The position numbers and the translations under genes are program-made. This document shows, one piece after another, positions 13,729-23,161 of a stretch of 24,000 nt of DNA (positions within the stretch are counted from its first letter, which is position 1; every line of letters starts with the position of its first letter). This DNA is from Candidatus Micrarchaeota archaeon. Its GTDB lineage: Archaea > Micrarchaeota > Micrarchaeia > Micrarchaeales > Micrarchaeaceae. The notes under the pieces are model-generated. The model saw only the letters and a program-made list of their open reading frames with translations. It was not told the origin of the DNA and did no database searches. The stretch spans positions 25,233-49,232 of the forward strand of contig CAZQGC010000004.1 of assembly GCA_964592765.1 (NCBI GenBank). The letters run 5' to 3'.

Positions 13729-13770
13729 CCTTATAGCCTGGGCCATGCACGGCCGTGCCGCATTGCGGTA

Positions 13771-15843
13771 TTATTCGACCTCACGCTTCACGATCTTGAT
13801 GATTCCGGGGCGCGGCGAGAATATGTCGCCGCTTCTTTCCAGTTCCTGAATGTACTTGTTTGCCGTGTCTGCGTTCATTCCTGCCTTCTCCGCCTCCTCT
13901 ATTACCCTCTGCATCCTGCAGGTGCCTTCCCCCTCCTCTAATTTTCTCACTATGGAGAGCACAACATTTAGTTTGTCGACCTTCTCCCTGGGCATGCCCG
14001 TGAGTATCGTGTCTATATCGCGCCTGCCGCCGCTGTCAACGGCCAGCGTTTTTAGCATGAATTCGCTCAGCATTATCGCGCGCTCCGCATCCATCACCTC
14101 GACAATCTCCGAAAGCCTGGTCTTTGCGCTCGCCTCCGCCATCCTAACAAGGCCCTCTATCTGCCTCGGGGTTATCGGAACAGCGCCATGCTTCGTGCCA
14201 CTCCTCCTCAAATCAACATAATAATCCTCTATCTTCTGCATTGCCTCGTCCGACAGCCTAGGCTGTACGCTCTTCTTGGCATATGCGATGTACTTGCGCA
14301 GCAGTTCCCCCTCTATCGGTGGCAGTTCGACCTGCTTGTAGCCTTCGATATCGGCTATCTTCGCCCCTGCCGCCTCATGCTGCAAAAGGATATGCTTTGC
14401 AATCTCTTTGTCTTGGGTCTCGTCGAGCACGTCTTTTATTGGGAATATGAGGTCAAATCTGGAAAGGAGTGTCGGTGGTATGTTGAACTGCTCTGCAGGG
14501 TACATCGACGTGTCGAACCTGCCGAATTTTGGGTTTGCGGCAGCCAATACCGCGGTCTTCGCGTTGAACGTAGCGATTATGCCCGCTTTGGCAACGCTTA
14601 TTGTCTGCGATTCTAGCGCTTCATGGAGTGCGGCACGGTCCTCCTCCCCCACCTTGTCAAATTCGTCTATGCAGACAATTCCACCACTTCCCAAAACGAG
14701 CGCCCCTGCCTTGAGTGTCCACCCCCCATCAGAAAAGTCATCCCGCTCCGCAACGGCCGTCATTCCCCCTCCCGTTATCGACTTGCCGCTTACGTATATG
14801 CCCTTTGGCACGAGTTTTGATACCGACTGCAGCACTCTGGTCTTTGCGCTTCCCGGGTCTCCTATCAGGAGTATGTGCATGTCGCTTCTTATTAGGCCCC
14901 CGTCGACCAGGAGTTTCCCCGGTGTGCCGCCGAAGAGCTGCAGGGCGACTGCCTGCTTTATCTCGGTATGGCCGTATATGGAAGGTGCCATCGAGGCAGT
15001 TATCTTGTTGAATATCTCAGGGTCTCTTGCAAGCTCCTTGATCTTCCTCTCCTCCTCTTCGTTTATGTACAGTTCGGCAAACTCCTTCTGCTTCGGAACT
15101 AGCGAAACGGTGTCCAAAAACATCGTGTACAGGTTTTTCTCAAGCTTCCCGCGGGCGTTCCTTCGCGGCCGTATCCGCAGCATCCCGGTTACGTCGACTC
15201 TATCCCCAGGTATGACTGTGTTGACCAAATCGTCCTCTATCCAGACCTCAAGTTGCCATGTCGGGCTGTTGCCTTTGAGCCTCTCCAAGGGGTCCTGGAC
15301 CGCGATTTTCTGCAGGTTTATGAATTTCGATTCCTCTGGAACCTCCTTTATCGAGCGCCGCTTGCACTGTGTGCATATCTCCGGAATCTCGTCCTTGTCC
15401 GTCCTAGCTTTGTAGACCGACCCGCAGTACGTGCACCGGTATGTACCAATCTTTATTTTTGGGTTTATCTCCGATCTCTTGACTATCAGGCCATCTAAGA
15501 GTATAAGTTTTCCGATATACTTTGAGCCCACGTCCTGCACAAGCGGAGTGTTTACGCTCTGGCCAAAAAACCTTACGTGCAGCTCGCGCTCCTCGGTCTG
15601 CGCGAAGCCCATCCTGTCCCTTAGGGATTCCGTAGCGGCCTCTATAATCAGGTCTGGACTATCTATCAATTCGTTAGCGAGATCCGGGTCGAATCCTTCG
15701 AGGTCCTTGAAGTCAACGTTGAGGCTCGCTCTCTCCGGGTATGCCACTGTGAGTGCCTCTATGCTTTCCCTGTAATGCCTGTCGAAGAACTCGTCAAACT
15801 TCACCTTCAGCCCCTCGGTTATAGGATCTGCCATAAGAAGCAC
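13771..15843 (-). CDS. mcm: MCM replicative helicase
   Basis: The 690-aa ORF has an N-terminal domain zinc finger CTYCGSVYKARTDKDEIPEICTQCKRRS. It has Walker A ILLIGDPGSAKT, Walker B CIDEFDK, and the arginine-finger region SRFDLIF. A C-terminal winged-helix-like tail follows, and there is no intein. The track start at 15843 is GTG; an ATG is at 15834. TTTTATAA at 15864..15871 (minus strand) is a TATA candidate. Confidence 0.93.
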   Translation of the reverse strand: MLLMADPITEGLKVKFDEFFDRHYRESIEALTVAYPERASLNVDFKDLEGFDPDLANELIDSPDLIIEAATESLRDRMGFAQTEERELHVRFFGQSVNTPLVQDVGSKYIGKLILLDGLIVKRSEINPKIKIGTYRCTYCGSVYKARTDKDEIPEICTQCKRRSIKEVPEESKFINLQKIAVQDPLERLKGNSPTWQLEVWIEDDLVNTVIPGDRVDVTGMLRIRPRRNARGKLEKNLYTMFLDTVSLVPKQKEFAELYINEEEERKIKELARDPEIFNKITASMAPSIYGHTEIKQAVALQLFGGTPGKLLVDGGLIRSDMHILLIGDPGSAKTRVLQSVSKLVPKGIYVSGKSITGGGMTAVAERDDFSDGGWTLKAGALVLGSGGIVCIDEFDKVGEEDRAALHEALESQTISVAKAGIIATFNAKTAVLAAANPKFGRFDTSMYPAEQFNIPPTLLSRFDLIFPIKDVLDETQDKEIAKHILLQHEAAGAKIADIEGYKQVELPPIEGELLRKYIAYAKKSVQPRLSDEAMQKIEDYYVDLRRSGTKHGAVPITPRQIEGLVRMAEASAKTRLSEIVEVMDAERAIMLSEFMLKTLAVDSGGRRDIDTILTGMPREKVDKLNVVLSIVRKLEEGEGTCRMQRVIEEAEKAGMNADTANKYIQELERSGDIFSPRPGIIKIVKREVE

Positions 15844-15935
15844 ATTCTATAATCTACTTTAAGTTATAAAACCTTTACACATTGTTTTTGGCTGTCCCGT
15901 AAATGCATGCATCGATGCCACGCGCTCCAAAAAGC

Positions 15936-17033
15936 TCAGAAGATCCCAAACTTCCTCTTTTTGCTGTCGGTCTCCTCGAACCTCTTCAGGAGCTCCTTCT
16001 GCTCCTTTGACAGGCCCTTCGGTATATCAATCTTTATTACCACAATCTGGTTGCCCCTCTGTCCAGAGCCTATATGCGGCATCCCGCTTCCCCTTAGGGT
16101 TATCCTGTCGCCATCCTGTGATCCCTCCGGCACGCTTATTCTTTTATCGCCATCGAGCGTGTCAACGGATACTTCGCCGCCGAGGGCCGCCACGTAGAAG
16201 GGCACACGTTTTTCGATATAGAGGTCGTTCCCCTCGCGCTCAAACTGCGGATCATTTTTGACCGCTATGTCTATATACATGTCTCCACTTCCCTGCCTGC
16301 CGTAATCGCCCATGCCGCGCAGCTTCAGCCTTGCCCCTGCATCGACGCCCTTTGGTATCGTGATGTCTACTGTCTGGTCAGCCACCTTTTTTCCTGCGCC
16401 GTTGCATTCCCTGCACGACTTCTCAAAGCTTTTCCCGCTGCCGCCGCACTTCTGGCAGATTCCAACCGTCTGTATGGTCCCGAATACGGTTCTGTTCGTT
16501 GAGACAACCTGTCCAGAGCCGTCGCACTTGTTGCATGTGAGAACCTTTGTGCCGGGTTCGGCTCCGCTGCCCCCGCAGTGCTCGCAACGCACTACGTGGC
16601 GGACCCTTACCTTTTTGACTGCCCCAGAATAGGCTTCGCGGAGGCTTACCTCTATGCCTGCCTGGATATCATTGCCCCTGTCACCCCGTGCGCCTTGCCG
16701 GAAGCCGAACAAGTCGCCGAACATGCCCCCGCCGCCTCCGAAATCAAATCCCATCTCCCGGAAGACGCTTTCCATGTCGAAGTCGCGGAATATGTCCTGC
16801 TGTGTATACCTTCTCTGGAAGCCTTCTGGCCCAAATGAATCGTACTGCTTCCTCTTATCGGGGTCGCTTAGGACTGCATATGCCTCATTTATCTCCTTGA
16901 ATTTCTCCTCGGCGGCGCTGTCTTTGCTGACATCGGGGTGGTATTTCAGGGCAAGTCCCCGGTACGCCTTCTTTATCTCGTCGATGCTCGCATTCTTGCC
17001 TATCCCGAGCACTTCGTAGAAGTCCCTTGCCAT
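15936..17033 (-). CDS. dnaJ: Chaperone DnaJ (type I Hsp40)
   Basis: The 365-aa ORF has a J domain with HPD ([11 protein letters not shown]) and a G/F-rich linker ([16 protein letters not shown]). It has four CxxCxGxG zinc motifs: [24 protein letters not shown] and CRECNGAG. Confidence 0.93.
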   Translation of the reverse strand: MARDFYEVLGIGKNASIDEIKKAYRGLALKYHPDVSKDSAAEEKFKEINEAYAVLSDPDKRKQYDSFGPEGFQRRYTQQDIFRDFDMESVFREMGFDFGGGGGMFGDLFGFRQGARGDRGNDIQAGIEVSLREAYSGAVKKVRVRHVVRCEHCGGSGAEPGTKVLTCNKCDGSGQVVSTNRTVFGTIQTVGICQKCGGSGKSFEKSCRECNGAGKKVADQTVDITIPKGVDAGARLKLRGMGDYGRQGSGDMYIDIAVKNDPQFEREGNDLYIEKRVPFYVAALGGEVSVDTLDGDKRISVPEGSQDGDRITLRGSGMPHIGSGQRGNQIVVIKIDIPKGLSKEQKELLKRFEETDSKKRKFGIF

Positions 17034-17073
17034 TCCAATCGTCTGCTATGTGTTTTACGTGCCTCGTTTTTGC

Positions 17074-18921
17074 TTACTTCTCCACCTTGAAGTCTGCATC
17101 GGTCGTGCCGTCTGGATTTTCTCCAGGACCTCCGGAAGGACCGCCTCCGGGTCCTGCGGCCTGGCCTCCTTTGTACATGCTCTCCCCAATGCCCTGCAGG
17201 TCTTTGGCAAGTTCGTCGCTCTTTTCCTTTATAGCGGAGTAATCTTCCTTCTTAAGGAGCTCCTTGAGTTCTTCTACCGCCTTTTCTATGTGGTCCTGGA
17301 CCTCCTGCGGGGTCTTGCCCTTATAATCACCGAGCGCCTTCTCTGCCGTGTAGATAAGCGATTCCGCGCCATTCTTCGTCTCTATGTTTTCGCGTATGCG
17401 CTTGTCCTCATCCTCGTATTTTTTCCAGTCGTCAATCTTCTTGTTTATCTCATCCTTGTTCATCTTGTGTGGTGCCACTATGTCCATGCCCTGGTTCTTT
17501 CCGGTCGCCTTGTCCGTGGCTGTCACATGGAGTATGCCGTTCGAGTCTATGTCGAATGATACCTCAATCTGCGGGATGCCCCTCGGAGATGGAGGTATGC
17601 CTGTCAACTGGAACCTGCCAAGCTCTATGTTGTCTTTGGCCAGCGCCCGCTCGCCCTGCACCACATTTATGTCAACCTGCGTTTGGTTGCTTTCTGCGGT
17701 CGTGAATATCTGCGATTTCTTTACCGGTATCGTCGTGTTTCTCTCTATTATCGGAGTGGCCACGCCCCCAAGCGTTTCTATGCTGAGTGTCAGCGGAGTT
17801 ACATCAAGAAGCACGATATCCTTCACTTCGCCGGTGAGGACGCCCGCTTGTATTGCCGCGCCCAGCGCCACTGCTTCCATCGGGTCAACGCCGCGCTCTG
17901 CCTTCTTGCCAAGAAGCTGCTCTATGTACCTTTGCACTATCGGCATCCTCGTCGGTCCTCCAACGAGTATGACCTTGTCGACCTTTTCGGGTTCCAGCTT
18001 TGCATCTTTCAGTGCCTGCATGACTGGTTTTGTCGACCGCTCTATTATCGGGACCACAAGGCTCTCGAGTTTTGCCCTTGTCATTGAATACGTGAAATGC
18101 GTCGGGGTGCCGGATTTGTCCTGTGCAAGGAACGGGAGGTTTATCTCGGTAGTCAGCACGGTGGAGAGTTCTATCTTTGCACGTTCGCCAGCCTCCCGAA
18201 GGCGCTGCATGGCCTGCATGTCTTTTGTGATGTCAATTCCGCTCTGCTTCTTTATCTCCTCAATAAGGAAGGCTACTACTGCGTTGTCCATATCCGTGCC
18301 GCCGAGCTGCGTGTCCCCGCTCGTCGACTTGACTTCGAAGACTCCGTTCCCGAAGTCCATGATTGTAACGTCAAGCGTGCCGCCCCCGAAATCGTATATG
18401 AGGACCTTCATGTCATTTTTCGTCTTATCCAATCCGTAGGCAAGGCATGCTGCGGTCGGCTCATTCACCAGCCTGACTACCTCAAGCCCCGCTATCTCAC
18501 CGGCATCCTTGGTTGCCTGCCTCTGGTTATCGTTGAAATATGCGGGTACTGTTATAACTGCCTTCTGGACAGGCTCTCCCAAAAAAGCCTCGGCGTCCTG
18601 CTTTATTTTCTGCAGAAGCATGGCAGACAGATCCTGCGGCTTGTATTCCTTGCCAAATACCTTGTATACCGTATCGGTTCCCATTTTCCTCTTAAATGTA
18701 GTGATTGTTCCGTTGGGGTTGGCTACCGCCTGCCTCCTTGCCGGTTCCCCTACAAGCCTCTGTCCGTCCTTCGTGAACGCGACGAAGCTTGGAAATGCCT
18801 TGCCATAAAGGCTGGCGCCTTCGCTGCTCGGTATTATAACAGGTCTGCCTCCTTCCAGTACGGCAGCTGCGCTGTTGCTAGTTCCCAAGTCAATTCCTAT
18901 GATTTTCATCTGATTCACCAT
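17074..18921 (-). CDS. dnaK: Chaperone DnaK (Hsp70)
   Basis: The 615-aa ORF carries [47 protein letters not shown] and [10 protein letters not shown]. After KRKMGTD it lacks the ~24-aa insert of Gram-negative DnaK, so it is the Gram-positive/archaeal type. The canonical N-terminus MKIIGIDLG would start at 18909. A TATA-like TATAAATT on the minus strand (18949..18956) suggests an internal promoter. Confidence 0.95.
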   Translation of the reverse strand: MVNQMKIIGIDLGTSNSAAAVLEGGRPVIIPSSEGASLYGKAFPSFVAFTKDGQRLVGEPARRQAVANPNGTITTFKRKMGTDTVYKVFGKEYKPQDLSAMLLQKIKQDAEAFLGEPVQKAVITVPAYFNDNQRQATKDAGEIAGLEVVRLVNEPTAACLAYGLDKTKNDMKVLIYDFGGGTLDVTIMDFGNGVFEVKSTSGDTQLGGTDMDNAVVAFLIEEIKKQSGIDITKDMQAMQRLREAGERAKIELSTVLTTEINLPFLAQDKSGTPTHFTYSMTRAKLESLVVPIIERSTKPVMQALKDAKLEPEKVDKVILVGGPTRMPIVQRYIEQLLGKKAERGVDPMEAVALGAAIQAGVLTGEVKDIVLLDVTPLTLSIETLGGVATPIIERNTTIPVKKSQIFTTAESNQTQVDINVVQGERALAKDNIELGRFQLTGIPPSPRGIPQIEVSFDIDSNGILHVTATDKATGKNQGMDIVAPHKMNKDEINKKIDDWKKYEDEDKRIRENIETKNGAESLIYTAEKALGDYKGKTPQEVQDHIEKAVEELKELLKKEDYSAIKEKSDELAKDLQGIGESMYKGGQAAGPGGGPSGGPGENPDGTTDADFKVEK

Positions 18922-18985
18922 TTAACGTAATTTGTTGCAATTATCTACAATTTATACCGATATATGGCTCCCCGCCTCATCAATT

Positions 18986-19573
18986 CTATTTTTTGTCGCC
19001 GTCTTTCCCTGTTTCTTCCCCGTCTCCCTCTTCGGCGGCAGGCTCTTTGGACACTATGACGGATGCCGCCCTAAGCAGCCTTCCATTAATCACATAGCCC
19101 TTCTTTATCACTTCCAATATTCTTCCTCCCTCCCCCTTCTCATCCTCACGCACCATTATTATTTCGTGCCGGTACGGATCGAACTTCCCGCTTGCCTCTA
19201 TTTCTGCAAGACCGAATTTCTTCAGGACATCCGAGAAGTTTGCATAAAGTAGTTCTATGCCTCTCACAAGGTTCTTGTCATCCGATTTCGAAGCTGCAAT
19301 AAGGGTAAAGTCAAATTCATCGATGATATTGAGCAATGCCTTTACAATCTCGGCGATTCCAGATTCCCTCGCTGCGTTGGAGTCGTTTGCCATGCGCTTC
19401 TTGTAATTGTCGAACTCCGCCGCAAGGCGCAGCATCCTGTCTTTTATTCCGTCGAACTCTTTCTTGCTTATGTAGCCATCGCCCTCCTTTTCTCCTTTTG
19501 TGCCTGCGTTATCCTCATTCGCAACGGCTTTATCCTCTGAGGTTGGAACATCCTCTTTTTTCATAAACGCCAC
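18986..19573 (-). CDS. grpE: Nucleotide exchange factor GrpE
   Basis: The 195-aa ORF has an acidic N-terminus, a long helix with RLAAEFDNYKKR (the GrpE signature AEfdN.rKR), and a C-terminal beta domain FDPYRHEIIMV....GYVINGRLLRAASVIV. The track start at 19573 is GTG; an ATG is at 19564. Confidence 0.9.
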   Translation of the reverse strand: MAFMKKEDVPTSEDKAVANEDNAGTKGEKEGDGYISKKEFDGIKDRMLRLAAEFDNYKKRMANDSNAARESGIAEIVKALLNIIDEFDFTLIAASKSDDKNLVRGIELLYANFSDVLKKFGLAEIEASGKFDPYRHEIIMVREDEKGEGGRILEVIKKGYVINGRLLRAASVIVSKEPAAEEGDGEETGKDGDKK

Positions 19574-19595
19574 CGATCCATAATATGCTTAAAGG

Positions 19596-20030
19596 TCATT
19601 CTATGCGCACCCGCCTGCCACGCCTGCCGGCGGCGATGAACGCCCTGTCGAATTCGCGCGCGATGTCGAGCATGCGCATCATCTCCTTGTTTATATCGTA
19701 CTCTAGCTCCTCGAGTGTCGTAGATAGGCCCTTGCCCCTAAAATAATATTTCCTGCCGTGCTTCACCACCAGTCCACTTTCTATGAAGCGGTTAAGGTGG
19801 TATATGACCGTGCTGCGCGCAATGTCCTGCCGGGGCTTTATCTCGGAGCTAGATATGCCTTCCCCGCGCGCCGCTGCGGCAAGCAGCTGTTTCATCAGCT
19901 CTACCTCTATGCCACCCTTTCCATCGTCGCCAACGAGCCCTAGCGCCTCACAGAACCATTTTATCATTTCGTTCTGGTTTCCCGCGCGCGGCCTATCGAT
20001 CGCACGGATGACTATCTTTTCCATGTTCAC
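19596..20030 (-). CDS. Winged helix-turn-helix transcriptional regulator, candidate heat-shock regulator
   Basis: The 144-aa ORF has SSSEIKPRQDIARSTVIYHLNRFIESGLVVKHGRKYYF, an HTH plus wing of ArsR/TrmB-like type. Its stop lies 22 nt upstream of grpE in the same orientation, and it is divergent from hsp20. The likely start is ATG at 20024; the track's GTG is at 20030. Confidence 0.65.
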   Translation of the reverse strand: MNMEKIVIRAIDRPRAGNQNEMIKWFCEALGLVGDDGKGGIEVELMKQLLAAAARGEGISSSEIKPRQDIARSTVIYHLNRFIESGLVVKHGRKYYFRGKGLSTTLEELEYDINKEMMRMLDIAREFDRAFIAAGRRGRRVRIE

Positions 20031-20044
20031 CTATTATAGATGAA

Positions 20045-20060
20045 TATATTTAAATAATTA
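20045..20060 (-). promoter_or_regulatory. TATA-like element (TTATTTAAATA on the minus strand) for the wHTH-grpE-dnaK-dnaJ operon
   Basis: The AT-only segment is centred ~27 nt upstream of ATG 20024, predicting a leaderless transcript. Confidence 0.45.
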
Positions 20061-20065
20061 TCGTT

Positions 20066-20080
20066 TTAATTATAAATTAA
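20066..20080 (+). promoter_or_regulatory. Perfect palindrome TTAATT-ATA-AATTAA overlapping the hsp20 TATA box (TATAAATT 20071..20078); candidate operator
   Basis: The 6-bp arms are exact reverse complements with a 3-nt spacer. The TATA box lies ~40 nt upstream of the hsp20 ATG at 20117. Confidence 0.45.
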
Positions 20081-20116
20081 TTGAAATGTCAGATAAAAGT
20101 TGACAAATGTGGTAAG

Positions 20117-20572
20117 ATGAAAGAACCGAAAAAGAAGAGCGGCAAGAGCGCCCTGCCCGCATCAGATAACCTGTCCGAATGGGAACGTGACTGGTTCGTC
20201 GCACCCATGGCGCCATTAGGAATGTCTGGTATTGCTTCACTATGGGATTCCGGCATCGCATCTCCGCGCGCGAGCGTATCGGAGAAGGACGGCACAATTA
20301 CGGTATCGGCTAATTTGCCGGGCATGGACAAGAAGGACCTTGACGTGCGCATCGGGGATGACAACGTAATCATAAGCGTCAGAAAATCAGAGGCGTCGGA
20401 GCGCCGCGGCCGCAACTTCCAGTCCAGTTCATACAGTGAAACGAGCTATTACCATGCAATACCGCTGCCAAAAGCGGTCATCTCTAGTTCAGCACGTGCG
20501 GTCTACAAGGACGGTATCCTGAAGATAACGCTGAGGGAGAGGGCAGGTTCCGGAAAGCTGAAGATAGAGTGA
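20117..20572 (+). CDS. hsp20: Small heat-shock protein, Hsp20/alpha-crystallin family
   Basis: The alpha-crystallin domain reads ASVSEKDGTITVSANLPGMDKKDLDVRIGDDNVIISV...YYHAIPLPKAVISSSARAVYKDGILKITL. I use ATG 20117 because the track start at 20081 is a TTG inside the promoter AT-tract. Confidence 0.88.
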   Translation: MKEPKKKSGKSALPASDNLSEWERDWFVAPMAPLGMSGIASLWDSGIASPRASVSEKDGTITVSANLPGMDKKDLDVRIGDDNVIISVRKSEASERRGRNFQSSSYSETSYYHAIPLPKAVISSSARAVYKDGILKITLRERAGSGKLKIE

Positions 20573-20591
20573 TCCCCGGATTCACGGGCGG

Positions 20592-21515
20592 TTATCTATT
20601 TCCCATAATCCGGTGTACTTCCTTATTCACGTCCAATTCGATGCCTAGGCCTGACAGCTCATGCAGCGGGTAAGCCACAGATATGTCCCTAAGGAGCTTG
20701 ATTTCGTTGCCGACGCCGGCCTTTCTAGCTGCTGGCATTTCGCTGTCTATTGACTTCAGCGTCTTCTGCAGTGCATTATCCACCAATGCGATGAGTGCGC
20801 CTCCGCTAACCGAGCCGCCCCTTATTATGCGTTCGGCCTCGTCACTGAGCCATTTGGTCGTGTCGGTGTTTGCCGCGAAAACCTTTCCGAACGAGCGCAT
20901 GAATTCTGGAAGCACATGGTAAAATACTCTGTAGAATACTAGTCCGAACGGGTAAGAATATGCATATTTCATCACGAAGCCGGAGGTTATGATCCTATTG
21001 TCCCATGTGTCGAGTTTTTCAACGTAATCGAACACCTCCACCAGCGGTCTGCCAGGCTCCTTGACCGGGATACCCAGTCCCTCCATGAGATTACGTATTG
21101 CCCTCGCGTGCTTCTCCGACACGCGCGCCAGCTCTAGGAAATGTTCCCTATACTCTTGGCTGCCGTGCGGCATGCCATCTGCCCATGCACCGTACATGCC
21201 AGCAAGCCGCGATTCCCCATAGTAGAAAAGGTTTATCACACGCATTATGAATTCCCTGTCGAACGTGACTCCGTTGGGGAGCTTCACGTAGCTCCTCGTG
21301 ATCTCGCCTTTCTTGCGCTTCACGTCTACAAAGCTTGCCGCATGCTTCACCGCACTAACCGGGTTGCTCTTCACGTAGTCGTAGATGTATGCCTTCATCC
21401 AATGCGGTATGCCGTACTTTTCCATAGCTTGGTCTATTATGCCCCCCTTCCCGGCTTGGGCTTTCTGGCCCGATTCCATTGAATCACTGTTGCTATCCAC
21501 ACTATTTCTTTGCAT
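20592..21515 (-). CDS. Hypothetical helical protein (307 aa), possibly a ferritin-like four-helix-bundle fold
   Basis: The composition is protein-like and predicted helical (LFYYGESRLAGMYGAW, FLELARVSEKHARAIRNLMEGL, LSDEAERIIRGG). I cannot find a complete E..ExxH di-iron motif pair. Its ATG at 21515 overlaps the upstream gene's stop by 14 nt. Confidence 0.45.
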   Translation of the reverse strand: MQRNSVDSNSDSMESGQKAQAGKGGIIDQAMEKYGIPHWMKAYIYDYVKSNPVSAVKHAASFVDVKRKKGEITRSYVKLPNGVTFDREFIMRVINLFYYGESRLAGMYGAWADGMPHGSQEYREHFLELARVSEKHARAIRNLMEGLGIPVKEPGRPLVEVFDYVEKLDTWDNRIITSGFVMKYAYSYPFGLVFYRVFYHVLPEFMRSFGKVFAANTDTTKWLSDEAERIIRGGSVSGGALIALVDNALQKTLKSIDSEMPAARKAGVGNEIKLLRDISVAYPLHELSGLGIELDVNKEVHRIMGNR

Positions 21516-23148
21516 GTGACTTATCTTTATTCTTATTGGATTTCTTCTTTACTTTCAGCACAAAAATTGCCACCACTGCGATTATGGCAATTACAATGCC
21601 CGCTTCCAAAGCGGTCCCGGAACTGGACGATCCCTGCGCCTTTGCGCCAGAATATACAACTGCGTAGTAGTTGTTGGAACCGTAGAATATCTGGTTCTGC
21701 GCAGCATCGCTCTGCTTCCATTGTTCATACAGGGTTATCGGGAATTCGCCCGCCTTTCCGTTCTGGTCGGTGCTCACATAGAAGGTCACCTCAGTGCTGT
21801 TTCCGGGTGCAAGGTAATTCAGGTACGCACTGCCGGCTATCGGGCTTACGGGGTAGATGCTCTGTAAGGAGAGTGTTGTCTGCGTTGCCGCCTCATTACC
21901 TACGTTCTTGAGCGTTACTACGAGCGGCTGGTATGCGCCTCCCGGCACAAGCGAGTCGTTGACACTGATTATCTGGAAGACTGCAGTCGGAGCTATGTTG
22001 ACGTTCAGGTTTGACTTGGTGTTGGTTATGTGCTGGTAGTTTGCATCTGTATACGAGATGTTCACAGGAACGTAGCTGTTGTTTTGGTACGCGCTGTTAT
22101 TGGCGCTTATCAGCACACTTTCAGATACAGAGCTGCCTTGTGGCAGCGAGCCGACGAAGAAGCTTGAGGCCGAGCCCCTGATTTTTATCGCGTTGCTGTT
22201 GCCGAATTGTACCGTAACATTGTTTGCAGTCCCAGACCCTATGTTCTGCACAAGTACAGACAATGTCTGGTTTGATCCAGAATATAGCACCTGCGGCACT
22301 GCGCCCGTCACGCTTGCGACGACGTTCGGGCTTCCGGTCGGGACACTTATTGGGACGCCCTCAACATAATTGTAATTGCGGATTGCGTTCCTGTAGCTGA
22401 CCCGCAACGTGAGGTTGTGCGGACCGTTTGTCATGTTGCCCGGGAGTAGTACACTCGCGCTGGCCTGCGACGAGGCGCTCGGGCTTATGGTCCCAAAATT
22501 GAATGTGCTCTGCCCCGACACGTTAAAATTCTTGGTACTAATTATGCTTGCGGTCACGTTTGTCGCGGTATCAGTCCCGGTATTTATCGCATTGAGGAGG
22601 AAGCTGAACTTGCTGCCCTGTGAGAGCTGCGACTGCGGTACGATGTTGAAGCTTATCTGCGGCGTGCCGTATATGTAGAGTGTTATCGGAATCTGCGATT
22701 GCCCGAAGACGTTCAGCGTGCTTTGCGGTTCGCTTGAGGAATAGCTGGCCGTAACATATATGGTATATGCGCCTGATTCCAGAGTCGACGGTATGTGCAG
22801 CCTGTATGTAAATGTGCTGTATCCTAAGCCCCCATATATGCCCGATCCTATCGCGTTTATCAGATAGCTATTTGATGGCGATACATTCAGTATTTGGCTT
22901 GGGGTGGTCAGTGCAAGGTTGACGTTCGAGAGCGATTCCGAATACGAATTGAACAGGCTGAAGCTTATTGTCACATTGCCTCCTGCTACAACCGGCTGCG
23001 GCGACACAATAAGGTTGGTCACCGAAAGCGCATTGTTTATGCTAGTGGTAGTGGCAAGCTGCGCCTGTGCATACGGAAGCATTATGGAAGATACCATAAT
23101 AACAAGCGCCAGAATCCCGGCGCCACCAGATAATTTCCTAAAATCCAT
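21502..23148 (-). CDS. Cell-surface glycoprotein candidate: signal peptide, four tandem CARDB/COG1361-like beta-sandwich domains, C-terminal TM anchor
   Basis: The ATG at 23148 gives MDFRKLSGGAGILALVIMVSSIMLPYAQAQ, a signal peptide with an AQA site. A domain pattern recurs four times: P..V.pG....(S/T)(F/V/L)....N.G...A.NV...(L/F). Examples are SPQPVVAGGNVTISFSLFNS, SQGSKFSFLLNAINTGTDTATNVTASI, YSGSNQTLSVLVQNIGSGTANNVTVQF and VPGGAYQPLVVTLKNVGNEAATQTTLSL. The C-terminus is GIVIAIIAVVAIFVLKVKKKSNKNKDKSHAKK. The protein is S/T/N-rich with 13 N-x-S/T sequons. The track start at 23169 is TTG. Confidence 0.7.
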   Translation of the reverse strand: MDFRKLSGGAGILALVIMVSSIMLPYAQAQLATTTSINNALSVTNLIVSPQPVVAGGNVTISFSLFNSYSESLSNVNLALTTPSQILNVSPSNSYLINAIGSGIYGGLGYSTFTYRLHIPSTLESGAYTIYVTASYSSSEPQSTLNVFGQSQIPITLYIYGTPQISFNIVPQSQLSQGSKFSFLLNAINTGTDTATNVTASIISTKNFNVSGQSTFNFGTISPSASSQASASVLLPGNMTNGPHNLTLRVSYRNAIRNYNYVEGVPISVPTGSPNVVASVTGAVPQVLYSGSNQTLSVLVQNIGSGTANNVTVQFGNSNAIKIRGSASSFFVGSLPQGSSVSESVLISANNSAYQNNSYVPVNISYTDANYQHITNTKSNLNVNIAPTAVFQIISVNDSLVPGGAYQPLVVTLKNVGNEAATQTTLSLQSIYPVSPIAGSAYLNYLAPGNSTEVTFYVSTDQNGKAGEFPITLYEQWKQSDAAQNQIFYGSNNYYAVVYSGAKAQGSSSSGTALEAGIVIAIIAVVAIFVLKVKKKSNKNKDKSHAKK

Positions 23149-23161
23149 GTTTTCACCTTCC

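Noticed and set aside
14408-15415. A 335-aa plus-strand ORF antisense to mcm, with several shorter ones nearby.
   Set aside because: The sequence is Ser/Pro/Ala-rich with no recognisable domain, and it lies entirely within a well-supported MCM CDS.
17384-18930. Long plus-strand ORFs antisense to dnaK (351 aa at 17384..18439 and 277 aa at 18097..18930).
   Set aside because: Long non-stop antisense frames inside hsp70 genes are a known codon-bias artefact. The translations are Ser/Pro/Cys-rich with no motifs, and the sense strand encodes a complete canonical DnaK.
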